Both the position numbers and the translations under genes were made by a program. DNA of 64,000 bases from a virus, in IMG/VR virus record IMGVR_UViG_3300044712_001084, positions 10,006 to 74,005 of that record, one strand, 5' to 3'. Shown piece by piece: positions 47,508-57,312 of this stretch (its first letter is position 1; each line of letters begins with the position of its first letter). The notes under the pieces were generated by a model. The model had not been told where the DNA came from. It ran no database searches and saw only the letters and a program-made list of their open reading frames with translations.

Positions 47508-49001
47508 TTAGATCAAACCGACTACCCTGGAGTTGGTGCGCGTAAGGAAGCCATAAGAGCCTTGCGGAGCACCACTCACCCACACCGTATTGTCATCCAC
47601 CAGGTACATGGAGCTCAAGCCAGAGTTGGCAGGAATGTTGAGGTTCCATAACCGGAATGATGCGCCACCATCGATGGACCGCAACACCTTGCCGCCAGCA
47701 GCCGTGGTCACAGCCACGTAAATGTTGGAGTCACCGGAGTTGACAATCTTTACCACAGCGGTGGGCACGACACCCTGCAGCGGCAGAGCATCCCACTCAC
47801 TGTCGCGCACAGATCCAAATACCTGACCAGCGTTATCGCCAACGAACACCGTACCATCCGGAGTGACGCATACGCAAGTCAAGTCTTCGCTGATAGTGCC
47901 TGGGCCTGTCAGAGCCGTCCAGCTTGTACCACCATCCTCGGATTTGACAATCAGATTGGAATTACCCACCGCATACACGGTGCCATCTGACAAACCAGCA
48001 ATGGCGTTGATATCCACCGCGCCAGCGCTGTAGGCAGCCGTCCAGCTAGCGCCACCGTCAATGGATTTATAGACATAGCCATCATCCGTGCTGGCATAAA
48101 CGTGCGCCCAGTCGATGAACAGCAAATCCTTGATATACTGGCCATCAACCGCGCCAACGTCCACCTTCACCCAAGTTGCCTGGCCCATGGACGTAATATC
48201 AGCATAAGCGATTTGCGCAGGGTCAGAGGGACGCGTGGTACCGTTGGACACGATAACGCGGTGACTATCTCTACGACCAACGACCACTATGGCGCTGATT
48301 GTCATGGAGGCATCGAATGGCGTGGTAGAGGTCTGCGTCCATGTCTCACCGCTATCATCCGTGTACCATACCTGGGCGATGTTACCAGCAGAGCCACCCA
48401 GCAAGCCTGAGCACAGATAGCCGTTCTCACCCACATCTTCCTGGGTGCGGAAGTCGGTCTGGCACTCGCCATTCATGAACGCGATGCCAGTAATAGCCTC
48501 TGTCTCAGCAATCGTGCGCGCTGATAAGAACCTGGTTAGCATGTCGTAAATGGCCATGGGCTCTTCCGACACGAAGGGTGTCTGGACACCCACAGACGCG
48601 TTATCACCCTCAATCTTGGACAAACGATCTACGCCCAGGTCACCACGCCGCGCACGCTCAAAGTGCACCACGACCTCGGAGGTGTACTGATTATCGGCTC
48701 TGTCGCACGCTCCCAGATGACCCTGGATATTGACAATGCGGTTCTTGAGGCCCATCATATAGTTCTGCGTGCGCTTCATGCGCGTCTCCAGCGTAAATGA
48801 GGGCAACGCTGGCTCACCAGTCACGATATCCGATATCACCGACATACCGCGCTGGGCAGGGTCCGGCTCACGAACAGCGTTCAGAGCACCCACCGGGTCA
48901 GTGATGTTTGTCAGGCCATAGGGCAGAAGCAGCTCAAACGGCTGGAACTTTCTGAGCTGGATCCATACACGGCCATCCCCAACTTTATAACTTGTTGCCA
49001 T
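47508..49001 (-). CDS. major tail protein fused to a BNR/Asp-box beta-propeller
   Basis: position; AGGAGG SD; own terminator; Asp-boxes TDDSGETW, SIDGGASW, SEDGGTSW, SIDGGASF. Confidence 0.65.
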   Translation of the reverse strand: MATSYKVGDGRVWIQLRKFQPFELLLPYGLTNITDPVGALNAVREPDPAQRGMSVISDIVTGEPALPSFTLETRMKRTQNYMMGLKNRIVNIQGHLGACDRADNQYTSEVVVHFERARRGDLGVDRLSKIEGDNASVGVQTPFVSEEPMAIYDMLTRFLSARTIAETEAITGIAFMNGECQTDFRTQEDVGENGYLCSGLLGGSAGNIAQVWYTDDSGETWTQTSTTPFDASMTISAIVVVGRRDSHRVIVSNGTTRPSDPAQIAYADITSMGQATWVKVDVGAVDGQYIKDLLFIDWAHVYASTDDGYVYKSIDGGASWTAAYSAGAVDINAIAGLSDGTVYAVGNSNLIVKSEDGGTSWTALTGPGTISEDLTCVCVTPDGTVFVGDNAGQVFGSVRDSEWDALPLQGVVPTAVVKIVNSGDSNIYVAVTTAAGGKVLRSIDGGASFRLWNLNIPANSGLSSMYLVDDNTVWVSGAPQGSYGFLTRTNSRVVGLI

Positions 49002-49011
49002 ACAAATCCTC

Positions 49012-49572
49012 CTACTGCGACTTTATTCGTCTGAATCCACGCCTGATTGCTGCCTCTACAACCGATTTGAATGCGCCTGGTTTATTAGAGGATAATTCAT
49101 CATACAGCGTTTTGGTAAAGTTACGAGGATATATACCTGGATGCATTACACGCTTCGGACGCATAAGGTGCGGGGCATCGCTGGATGGGAAACCAGGTAT
49201 GGCGGGATTCGGTAAACTTTTTGGAGAATGTGGAGTCATGAATGCCAGCCGTCCAGATTTATTCTCCTTTCTGGGCGCTATTAAATACGGTTTACCTTTA
49301 CCACCACGCAACGCTGTACCTTTATCCACCCAAGTGAAAATCTTACCTATCTTTTTGCGTTTATCCGTGGTTATCTCTAGCGTCCACGTCTTGGACGTAA
49401 CTGTCACTTTATAGGTGAATACAGGCTTGGTATTCCAAGAGCTAACTTCTTTGGTAATCGCTGCGACACCTTTTACACCTAGTTGCTGTAACGCACTTTG
49501 CACGCTGGCCAGTACTTCAGCGTGCATGCGTTTTGCCGAACGAGGTCTGCGCACCAACTTTATAGGACTCAT
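49012..49572 (-). CDS. neck / tail-completion protein (putative)
   Basis: basic; WVDKGT...KRVMHPGI.PR.F pattern. Confidence 0.6.
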   Translation of the reverse strand: MSPIKLVRRPRSAKRMHAEVLASVQSALQQLGVKGVAAITKEVSSWNTKPVFTYKVTVTSKTWTLEITTDKRKKIGKIFTWVDKGTALRGGKGKPYLIAPRKENKSGRLAFMTPHSPKSLPNPAIPGFPSSDAPHLMRPKRVMHPGIYPRNFTKTLYDELSSNKPGAFKSVVEAAIRRGFRRIKSQ

Positions 49573-50597
49573 GGCTGCGTTATGCTACCTGATTTTACGC
49601 AACTAGCCGCCAAACGACCACCTTGGCCAATACGCGTCATAGAATCATGCATCCAAGTGTCCACAGCACCTTTAGTGCGCCCATACGGTGTTAGTACAGC
49701 ATTATCATCCACCGTCATATCCTCTTGCCAATACTGAACCACTGGCTCGCAAGATGTGGGTGCGAAGGGCATCAGCGTGTGAGCCAAGCGACAAGTGTAT
49801 AAATCGATATCGCTAGATTCCCCACCGCATAGATAATTCAGCCGCACTCGATATGGATACACACTTGTCAGGTACTCAGCTGGAGTAGCAGAGCCAACTA
49901 ACCAAGTGGCTGGGTATACTCGGATAATACCCAACCGCGTGTCCACCGTCTCTATGTAGCCAGTCTGGCTCGTGGTGACAAACGAGGATGACGCAGTGTA
50001 GAGTAAAGTGACTGCCTGCGTCTCATCGTAGTACACACGCTTGACATCCACCGACTCAACAAAATTGTCGTCATCGTAATAATCCAAGCCCTCTTCCGAG
50101 TCACCCAGATTGTCATCCAGAGCCAACCGCGCCAGAGGAATAACAATAGTCACCGTGCCAGAGCCTAGCGTGACGCTATACGGCTTGACCTGGATATCGG
50201 TACCAGGCTTGAACACATAAACCTCGTCAATCGAGGAAAATGCCGAGGAAGCCAAGGTCAACGTCACATTAGGTCTGGCCACAGTAATGCTCTCATCCAG
50301 AGCCACGTCCACAACCGTGCGCACTCCCCACGCGTGAATCAGCTTGCGCTCAGTCACGTATAAGTTGGATTTGAACGCGTGTTCTTCCCCAGCAATATAG
50401 CGCTTGGTTGGATAATAACCCAAGAAGTTATAACGAGTGTTTTCAGCCAGCTGGATGAAGCGCTGTAAATCCTCTCGTTGCGTGCGCGTCCATATGGTAG
50501 CGCATTGATAGCGTTGTGGCTCGTTGGGATCATTCAGACCATTGAATGCCGCTATGGGCAAGCGCATTAGCTCTTGATAACGATCTAATGTTAACAT
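49569..50597 (-). CDS. head-tail connector/adaptor (putative)
   Basis: position; VRLNYLCG motif. Confidence 0.55.
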   Translation of the reverse strand: MLTLDRYQELMRLPIAAFNGLNDPNEPQRYQCATIWTRTQREDLQRFIQLAENTRYNFLGYYPTKRYIAGEEHAFKSNLYVTERKLIHAWGVRTVVDVALDESITVARPNVTLTLASSAFSSIDEVYVFKPGTDIQVKPYSVTLGSGTVTIVIPLARLALDDNLGDSEEGLDYYDDDNFVESVDVKRVYYDETQAVTLLYTASSSFVTTSQTGYIETVDTRLGIIRVYPATWLVGSATPAEYLTSVYPYRVRLNYLCGGESSDIDLYTCRLAHTLMPFAPTSCEPVVQYWQEDMTVDDNAVLTPYGRTKGAVDTWMHDSMTRIGQGGRLAASCVKSGSITQP

Positions 50598-50609
50598 GCG
50601 GTCACCTCT

Positions 50610-50924
50610 CTATGTAAACCGATAGAACAAACCAATGAACGCCACGCACCATAGCCATATATAAAATACTGACCACCATACCAGGCCACCTAGCGCCACA
50701 AACGCCAGAGCGATGACGGCAGATACCCACGTACCCAGGCACCAATGACAATCGAATAGCTTGGCGAAGAAGTTCACTGGTATATACTCGGCATCGTATC
50801 TGCATAGCATCATGCGCAAACGCCCAAAGATATCCCACGGTCCTTCCAAATCCTTGAGCATAACCAGCATCGTAAATGACACTGGAGCGCATACTAGACA
50901 AGCCAACGCGATATTGGCAATCAT
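50610..50924 (-). CDS. DUF1360-like membrane protein
   Basis: GPWDIFGRLR...LFDCHWCLGTWVS. Confidence 0.65.
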   Translation of the reverse strand: MIANIALACLVCAPVSFTMLVMLKDLEGPWDIFGRLRMMLCRYDAEYIPVNFFAKLFDCHWCLGTWVSAVIALAFVALGGLVWWSVFYIWLWCVAFIGLFYRFT

Positions 50925-52147
50925 CTGGTCTTGCCTTTCAGCCAGTTCACGACCTTGGCGCGATTGCGGCCACGCAACTCATTACGCAGCAGTAATCTAG
51001 CGATGTCTGGAGTGAGATTATCCAGCATCATAATCTGGTCTACAGACATGGTGGCAATATCGGGCACGTCATCTTCAACTGGCTTGCGTACCACCTCTCG
51101 TACCACGGCTGTGCGAGTGACCGCTTCCTCGACAACTTGCGGTGGAGGCTCAACCACTACAATAGGCTCTGGCGTGGGAGCGCTGGCTGACCGCACGACT
51201 CGCACAAAATACGTAGGCTTGGGTTCGTTGATCTGTCTAGCGTCAGATGGATCTACGTACAGATAATCCCCATAAGTCACCTTATGGGCCATGCCAGTCG
51301 TAATGCCATTGTAATAATGGCGGCCACGACCTTTACCACCCACGTACTGAACCAGCACCTTACCATCAGGCATGGTCAACGCCATAGAATTTACATCCAC
51401 AGTCGTTGGAATGGGCTGATTAGCCGCTACCAGCGCAGCCGCTGCGCGTCTTTTTCCACTGCACGAAGGACAAGCCATGTCGATATCTCCTATCAATTGA
51501 AGTACACGCCGCGCATATTGCGCAGAACGTTGCTTATAACTTTTGGTGCGCTGGTGCTCGTGCATGCGATATTCCACCAGAGGATGTGGGCAGCGCACCG
51601 CGCAATAGCGTAAAAACAATCTAGCGTTATATTCACCATCTTCGTAAAAGTCCAAATCCTCTCGATAGCCACCCACAGCATTGAATTGAGTTTTGCTGTA
51701 CAGCACATTTACGCTAGAGAAACCAACGTGCTTATATACGAGAGAACAATCAAAATCCAGTAAATGATAATGCTCAGTCACCTCTGCGCCAAACTTAGCT
51801 ACATCTGGATATACTGGAACACCTGTCCAATAGGTTAGTAAAGTGCTGATTGCCTCTGGCTTCAACCTATCATCGCAATCCAAGGGCAACACTAACGAGG
51901 TCTTGGCCACGCTTATGGCACGATTGCGGGCACTAGCCACGCCCACGTGATTGCCGTAAATTATAGAGCCGTCTAGATTATATTTACTGACGACCTTGCG
52001 TGGAGACAACGGTGATCCATCATCATATAGCGCTACAGAACAACCTTGCGTAGTAGCGCTAGCTAGACATTCATCTAACCACTCCATAGATTGCGCGTGA
52101 CTGCAATATACTGGAATGATAATCGTCACATCTTCAGGCTTATTCAT
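50921..52147 (-). CDS. GT2 glycosyltransferase with C-terminal extension
   Basis: IIIPVY, DDGS, GVASARN, LDCDD, EDGE. Confidence 0.85.
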   Translation of the reverse strand: MNKPEDVTIIIPVYCSHAQSMEWLDECLASATTQGCSVALYDDGSPLSPRKVVSKYNLDGSIIYGNHVGVASARNRAISVAKTSLVLPLDCDDRLKPEAISTLLTYWTGVPVYPDVAKFGAEVTEHYHLLDFDCSLVYKHVGFSSVNVLYSKTQFNAVGGYREDLDFYEDGEYNARLFLRYCAVRCPHPLVEYRMHEHQRTKSYKQRSAQYARRVLQLIGDIDMACPSCSGKRRAAAALVAANQPIPTTVDVNSMALTMPDGKVLVQYVGGKGRGRHYYNGITTGMAHKVTYGDYLYVDPSDARQINEPKPTYFVRVVRSASAPTPEPIVVVEPPPQVVEEAVTRTAVVREVVRKPVEDDVPDIATMSVDQIMMLDNLTPDIARLLLRNELRGRNRAKVVNWLKGKTR

Positions 52148-53832
52148 TTATCCTCGCCAAGCATGTGACGTAATTCCTTTACACGCTGGTCAAATGAACA
52201 ATTAGCCAAGACAAAATCCTGACCTCGTTTTGCTATGGCTTGGCGTTCCACGTCTCTAGCTAACCAATGCCGAATGAGGTCCGGCAACTCAGCCGTCTCT
52301 TTATAAGTGACGTAGTGCTCACCCTCTTTCATACCCAGCATGTACTCTATCTTAGGAAACCATTGCTGTAACGTGAAGCAACCCGCTGCCATGGATTGGA
52401 ATATGCGATTGGATACAAAATTTGTAGAGGGACGACCATCAGATATGGCAATCTTAGCTGCCTTATACAGTCTGCAGCCAGCATCATAATCGTATAAATT
52501 GCGGCCATTAGACGGTATACTGGAAGGCCATGATCCATAAATACCCACGTTCACGCCGCGCATAGAGCGTAAGGTACGACCTAATTCCACCCTGAATGGA
52601 TAGTGGCCATTACCAAGAAACAGTACGTCATGCCTGGGTGTTTTATTGATAGGCTCTGCGTTCGACACCTCGTAACCTATTTGCCAGTAGGCCCAAGGTA
52701 TATTGGCCACGTTATAATCTGTAGCCACGTCCACCGTGACAAACGTGGCCAAATCGAAGCGCTTCATCATTTCCATATACGGCTTGGCCAGAAAATTTTG
52801 TGGAAAATAATCCCCATTCCAGTTCACTAGCTTAGCGTGCTTGGGGCACACCTCTCGTAATAAATGAACCGTCTCACGACCGTATAACGAGGTGTCATGG
52901 ATCTGCGTCAATACCAGGTCAGGCTGCCAACCGCTAGCCGCGTCCAGTAAACCGTCTGGGTCAGCTAAGTAATCGAATTCATAAACATGATAATAACGGC
53001 TCAGCGCTTCGCGCAAACCACGCTTGGTTACGCGCTGTATGGCACTCCACTGCTCGTATATGGGAGCATATAATAAACGAGGTTTGTGGATACGAGGTTC
53101 ATCCACTATAGGCTTGGGTGCTACGTTAGGACCCAATAAACCATCTCTGGTCCACCTTTCTCGCCACGCTGTACTATCTGGGTGGCCAGTGGAAGGATGA
53201 TAATCCACAGCACCCATATTGATCTTACGCAACTCATCAGCCGCTACAAAATCTTGGATACACGCGCACGGAACTGGTTGGATCTTATAACCTAGCTCGT
53301 ATACACGGCAACTCAATTCGTTATCACCCGCATAGGTGTGGTATAAATCACCCCACCAACCCACGTAATCACCTAGCCAACGAGGCACTATGCATACCTG
53401 GCCATAAGGTCCATGGGATTGCTTACCGTCCACGACAATCGGCATATGCTCTACGTGCCACTCTTTTCCACCTCTATCCTGATAAAAGCATCCAATGCCA
53501 ACGTCTGGATTATCTTCCATGAACACGAAGGCATTGCGCAAGGTATCACCCACGAAGGCAATGTCATCGTTGGCGATAATTACATACTGACCTCTAGCCT
53601 CTTCAAAACCTGCTTGGAATGCCTTTACCGCGCCAACCAGTTTACCCTGCTCTATCAAGCGAATATCGGATTGCCGTTTACACCAGTCAATCGTGCCATC
53701 CTTGCTGCCACCGTCCACCAGCACTATCTCATACGGTAAACCAACGCCAATAGAGGCTCGCACGCTGTATACCATATTTTTCAGATATCCCAGCCGATTA
53801 TAAGTGCCTGACACGATTGATAATTGCTTCAT
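52144..53832 (-). CDS. bifunctional glycosyltransferase (GT2 + GT-B/CgeB-like)
   Basis: VDGGSKDGT, NDD; C-terminal SNRIFQSMAAG...IAKRG. Confidence 0.85.
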   Translation of the reverse strand: MKQLSIVSGTYNRLGYLKNMVYSVRASIGVGLPYEIVLVDGGSKDGTIDWCKRQSDIRLIEQGKLVGAVKAFQAGFEEARGQYVIIANDDIAFVGDTLRNAFVFMEDNPDVGIGCFYQDRGGKEWHVEHMPIVVDGKQSHGPYGQVCIVPRWLGDYVGWWGDLYHTYAGDNELSCRVYELGYKIQPVPCACIQDFVAADELRKINMGAVDYHPSTGHPDSTAWRERWTRDGLLGPNVAPKPIVDEPRIHKPRLLYAPIYEQWSAIQRVTKRGLREALSRYYHVYEFDYLADPDGLLDAASGWQPDLVLTQIHDTSLYGRETVHLLREVCPKHAKLVNWNGDYFPQNFLAKPYMEMMKRFDLATFVTVDVATDYNVANIPWAYWQIGYEVSNAEPINKTPRHDVLFLGNGHYPFRVELGRTLRSMRGVNVGIYGSWPSSIPSNGRNLYDYDAGCRLYKAAKIAISDGRPSTNFVSNRIFQSMAAGCFTLQQWFPKIEYMLGMKEGEHYVTYKETAELPDLIRHWLARDVERQAIAKRGQDFVLANCSFDQRVKELRHMLGEDK

Positions 53833-54455
53833 CTGATAACCCTCTTGAGTAATTTCCTATCACCCACGGCTTCCAAAAATTTTACCAGCATAGAGGTCTT
53901 GGGCGTAGATTCGACATCTATCCAACGCGCATAATCACCATAGTACTGCCCATACCGCTCAACCATATCTATCTTGGAGCGCAGTAAATCCAGGTTCAAT
54001 GGCCTGGCACCCGGCTTGCGCGTGCCTCTGCCCTCGATGCGTTTCACGCAACCCTCTAGCGTTGCGCGCAATTGAATGATAATCGGCTGGATCAAGAACT
54101 CACGCTCCATCTTCAGCAAATGCTCATATATGGGTGTCTTTATAGCCGTAATAAGCATGCCTTCAAATACTATCCCATGCAACGTTGGATAATTGGTATA
54201 AGTCGATATTAGAGCCTGTTTGACGTCATCCAAGGTATTGAAATTGTCGCAACCTCCCATCTTTTTATCTGGAGGATATACGCCAATCGCAGCCCAGCCG
54301 ATATCAGAGCACACCGTAGCAATAGCTTGCGCTTTGCCGTTGGGCAATTCCCATTCCAAAATCTCTTGCTCAGCGCCAGATAACGCTAGTAAATCCTTGA
54401 CTAACGAGGTCTTGCCTGAGCCGTTTGCGCCACGTATCTGCACGATCTTTGTCAT
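53829..54455 (-). CDS. P-loop kinase, 5-hmdU DNA kinase-like
   Basis: IRGANGSGKTS, GGCD, VFEG, CVKRI..R; sits in the AADT cluster. Confidence 0.75.
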   Translation of the reverse strand: MTKIVQIRGANGSGKTSLVKDLLALSGAEQEILEWELPNGKAQAIATVCSDIGWAAIGVYPPDKKMGGCDNFNTLDDVKQALISTYTNYPTLHGIVFEGMLITAIKTPIYEHLLKMEREFLIQPIIIQLRATLEGCVKRIEGRGTRKPGARPLNLDLLRSKIDMVERYGQYYGDYARWIDVESTPKTSMLVKFLEAVGDRKLLKRVIR

Positions 54456-55073
54456 TTATGCCTCATACCATCCAGACTCTGGCGCAGTCAGCCACCGTTT
54501 GACCAAGCGCTCCATTTTATCCCAGGCTGCACGCTCGTAATCAATCTGAACCACTTTGCTTGGGATACCGGCAGTCTCGTAATATTTACTGACTGGGTTA
54601 GTATAGCGCAATCGGCATTCATAGCGCAATCGGTCCTCCGTCCAGTAGTCGGCTCTGAACGTCTTGTGCTTGATATTACACCGATCAATGAGGAACTGCT
54701 TCCCTACGGCTTCGGAGGCCACAGGGATGATCATTTTCAGGCCACCGCCAACCTGCGTGAACGTATCGACAAGTAATTGATGCATACCACCAAAATACCG
54801 TGCGCTATCTAACACCCACATCATATCACGATCACGAATCATGGATGGAATGTCAACCAGCTTAGCCTCTTGCTTACCTTTCCAACGAGGCACGTCATGG
54901 CACACTAGCCACTCGTTATCCGTTGGCTCATAATGATACGAGTCAGCTGTATCTGCAATAACGCAGGTCAATCCAGCGTTATTAGGTAAAGCCAACGTTG
55001 TCCATTCATCCATATGCTTCTGGACAAAAGTCGTTTTGCCTGTAGCGAACATTCCATATATGGCGATTAGCAT
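54456..55073 (-). CDS. second P-loop kinase
   Basis: IYGMFATGKTT. Confidence 0.7.
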   Translation of the reverse strand: MLIAIYGMFATGKTTFVQKHMDEWTTLALPNNAGLTCVIADTADSYHYEPTDNEWLVCHDVPRWKGKQEAKLVDIPSMIRDRDMMWVLDSARYFGGMHQLLVDTFTQVGGGLKMIIPVASEAVGKQFLIDRCNIKHKTFRADYWTEDRLRYECRLRYTNPVSKYYETAGIPSKVVQIDYERAAWDKMERLVKRWLTAPESGWYEA

Positions 55074-55075
55074 TG

Positions 55076-55912
55076 TCAAGCTCCGATATTCCAAAACACG
55101 ATTGGCGGCTTGAGGTCATGAACGTTGCGCGCTAGCCACGTAAATGCCTTGGCATCGTAGTACTCGTTGCATGGGAACGGTATCCACTCGTTGGCCACTT
55201 TATCCTTATATTCGTAATTCTCATCCACTAGCTGGACTTGAGCACCCACCAACCAGTTAGACAAGCGCTGAACGTCTTTGTATATCTGCTCGTGGCTACG
55301 CGTGTAACCAAGATGTAACACCAGTTTACCTCGATAGCTTAGCTGCATCAAGCCCTTATAAACGGCTGCGCCCAGAGTGCCAGAGGATATCGACACGACC
55401 CAAGTGCCACCACGCGTCAAGTGTTTGGGCGTGTAGCTAGTCAATTCCTCCACCGTGGCATCGATAGACTCAACCAATTTCAGTCCATTAGGCATCATGA
55501 TACTATCCGCACCGTGACGCTCACGCAAGATGCGCTTGGCCTGGTTGTATAGCACTGCGCTCATACCAGCCTTCATGGGATACAAGGCTGCGCCAAACGA
55601 TTGGCACATTAGCTGATTCTTGCGCAATCCCACGTCACTCTTTAGCACTGGATAAAAGTCCACGCATGGCAATCCTAGCTCTTTGCACACATACGATACA
55701 CCCCAGCCAGCCTTGGAATGTTGCGTATCCATAACACCGATCACGACTGGGCCGCATTCCTCTTTTACAGAGGCTAGATATCTAGCCACGCCACGTATTT
55801 TTGAAAATCCTGGCCCAGGCTCTGGACTGGACAAATCCTCTCGCTTGACGTGAACCGGGCAACCATCCACGTCATACAATTCCCAAGGTGTGTTATCGCA
55901 CGTTAGCGGCAT
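55076..55912 (-). CDS. PLP-dependent enzyme (fold type II)
   Basis: VKREDL...SKIRG, SISSGT, YDAK, FWNIG. Confidence 0.8.
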   Translation of the reverse strand: MPLTCDNTPWELYDVDGCPVHVKREDLSSPEPGPGFSKIRGVARYLASVKEECGPVVIGVMDTQHSKAGWGVSYVCKELGLPCVDFYPVLKSDVGLRKNQLMCQSFGAALYPMKAGMSAVLYNQAKRILRERHGADSIMMPNGLKLVESIDATVEELTSYTPKHLTRGGTWVVSISSGTLGAAVYKGLMQLSYRGKLVLHLGYTRSHEQIYKDVQRLSNWLVGAQVQLVDENYEYKDKVANEWIPFPCNEYYDAKAFTWLARNVHDLKPPIVFWNIGA

Positions 55913-57312
55913 TATATACCTGTTACATCGTATCCCAAGCTGGTCCAGTACTCGATATCCGTCATAAAGTCCGGATTCCCAAAATGATAATCTTGTATGC
56001 GCCCAACCTGGTCGGGCATGAGGCATGAGTCCACGTTGTACCAATTCGTATCATCACCCTCTAGCTGAATGCTTTTCAACTGCTTGGACTCTAGAGCCGT
56101 GGCCTGTAATAAGACCTCGTTATTACATGCCTTGGTTCCAAAATCTGCGCAGTACAGGCAGCCTTTACGATAGCAACCAGGCAATGGCTGGAATGGCTGC
56201 CCAGGCTCTTCACGGAAGTGAACTGGTACGCCACGACCATGGCATTGATCCGAGGTCGTGAAATAGGGTGCCAGGTTAGCGCCAGCCTTGCCGTTGTCAT
56301 AATACTCGTAACAAGTGGACATCGTGATGCCCGCTGCACGCGTGCGCTCTAATAAGGCATTGAGCCAGTCCACGCGCAAATCTTGCTGGATAGTGTACAC
56401 GCCGCCAATCGTTTGGTTGAATAAGGACTCGAAAGTGTCCACGTTCGGCAGCTTAGCCAAGCGCTCCAGCAATAACTTCCGATTGTTGAATACCTGCTCA
56501 GCGAATTTGAAGATTATATGCTTCAATCCAGCCTGGGCCGCCATGTCCACGAGGTCCAAAAGCTCTTTCAGAGTGACAATACCCGGCAGCACCGGATTGC
56601 ACTGGAATGACGTGTAGATGCCCTTGGCGCTCAAATCGCTGACAGCCTTTAGCACCTCGTCAATGGAGAATGAACCTGGAGACAGCTTACGATACGTGGA
56701 ATTATTCGAGGTGTTTACACTCCACTGCATGTAGCTGTATGGATTGGCCTGGAGCGCATCGACTGCCCATGACGGAGGAATTCTGCGCGATAGATAGAAG
56801 ATAGGCAGGTTATGATCCACGAACACCTGCGACAAACGCTGCGTCACGTTGTATTTATCCTCTAGTAATTGAAACGGCTCTGTGAAGCTAGACATGTACG
56901 CTGCGCCGCTAACAGTCATCTTTTCCACCTGCTTACGCATAAAGTCAGGGTAATCAGGATTGACGGTGGAAATGCCCGTAGCGCGATAGCCTCTGGTGCC
57001 ATGATCTACATAGCAGAATTTACAACCGATATGGCAGAACCCGCCATACGGTGTCGTCAAGAGGGCTTCGGTATAGCATGGACGTGGGCGCACCCGGCTG
57101 GGTTCGTGTTTGCTCTTATACCAACCGCGCACCGCTGGATTAGAGGAATTGACAATGTGGCGCATAGGTCTGGTGTATACTTTGAATGGCCTGAGTTGGC
57201 CTCCCTTGACCATAGCCAGCGGAATCATCTTGAACTCGCCGTTCTCATCCACTCCAGCGTCCACAGCCTGTTCCAACTCAAATTGCTTTTGCTTCTTAGG
57301 TTCGTCAGTCAT
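55912..57312 (-). CDS. radical SAM enzyme
   Basis: CHIGCKFCY (CxxxCxxC); additional C-terminal Cys cluster. Confidence 0.88.
   Translation of the reverse strand: MTDEPKKQKQFELEQAVDAGVDENGEFKMIPLAMVKGGQLRPFKVYTRPMRHIVNSSNPAVRGWYKSKHEPSRVRPRPCYTEALLTTPYGGFCHIGCKFCYVDHGTRGYRATGISTVNPDYPDFMRKQVEKMTVSGAAYMSSFTEPFQLLEDKYNVTQRLSQVFVDHNLPIFYLSRRIPPSWAVDALQANPYSYMQWSVNTSNNSTYRKLSPGSFSIDEVLKAVSDLSAKGIYTSFQCNPVLPGIVTLKELLDLVDMAAQAGLKHIIFKFAEQVFNNRKLLLERLAKLPNVDTFESLFNQTIGGVYTIQQDLRVDWLNALLERTRAAGITMSTCYEYYDNGKAGANLAPYFTTSDQCHGRGVPVHFREEPGQPFQPLPGCYRKGCLYCADFGTKACNNEVLLQATALESKQLKSIQLEGDDTNWYNVDSCLMPDQVGRIQDYHFGNPDFMTDIEYWTSLGYDVTGI

Noticed and set aside
55912-57312. Spore photoproduct lyase (DNA repair) call for the radical SAM gene
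   Set aside because: Its position between AADT, PLP enzyme and kinases fits base hypermodification better.
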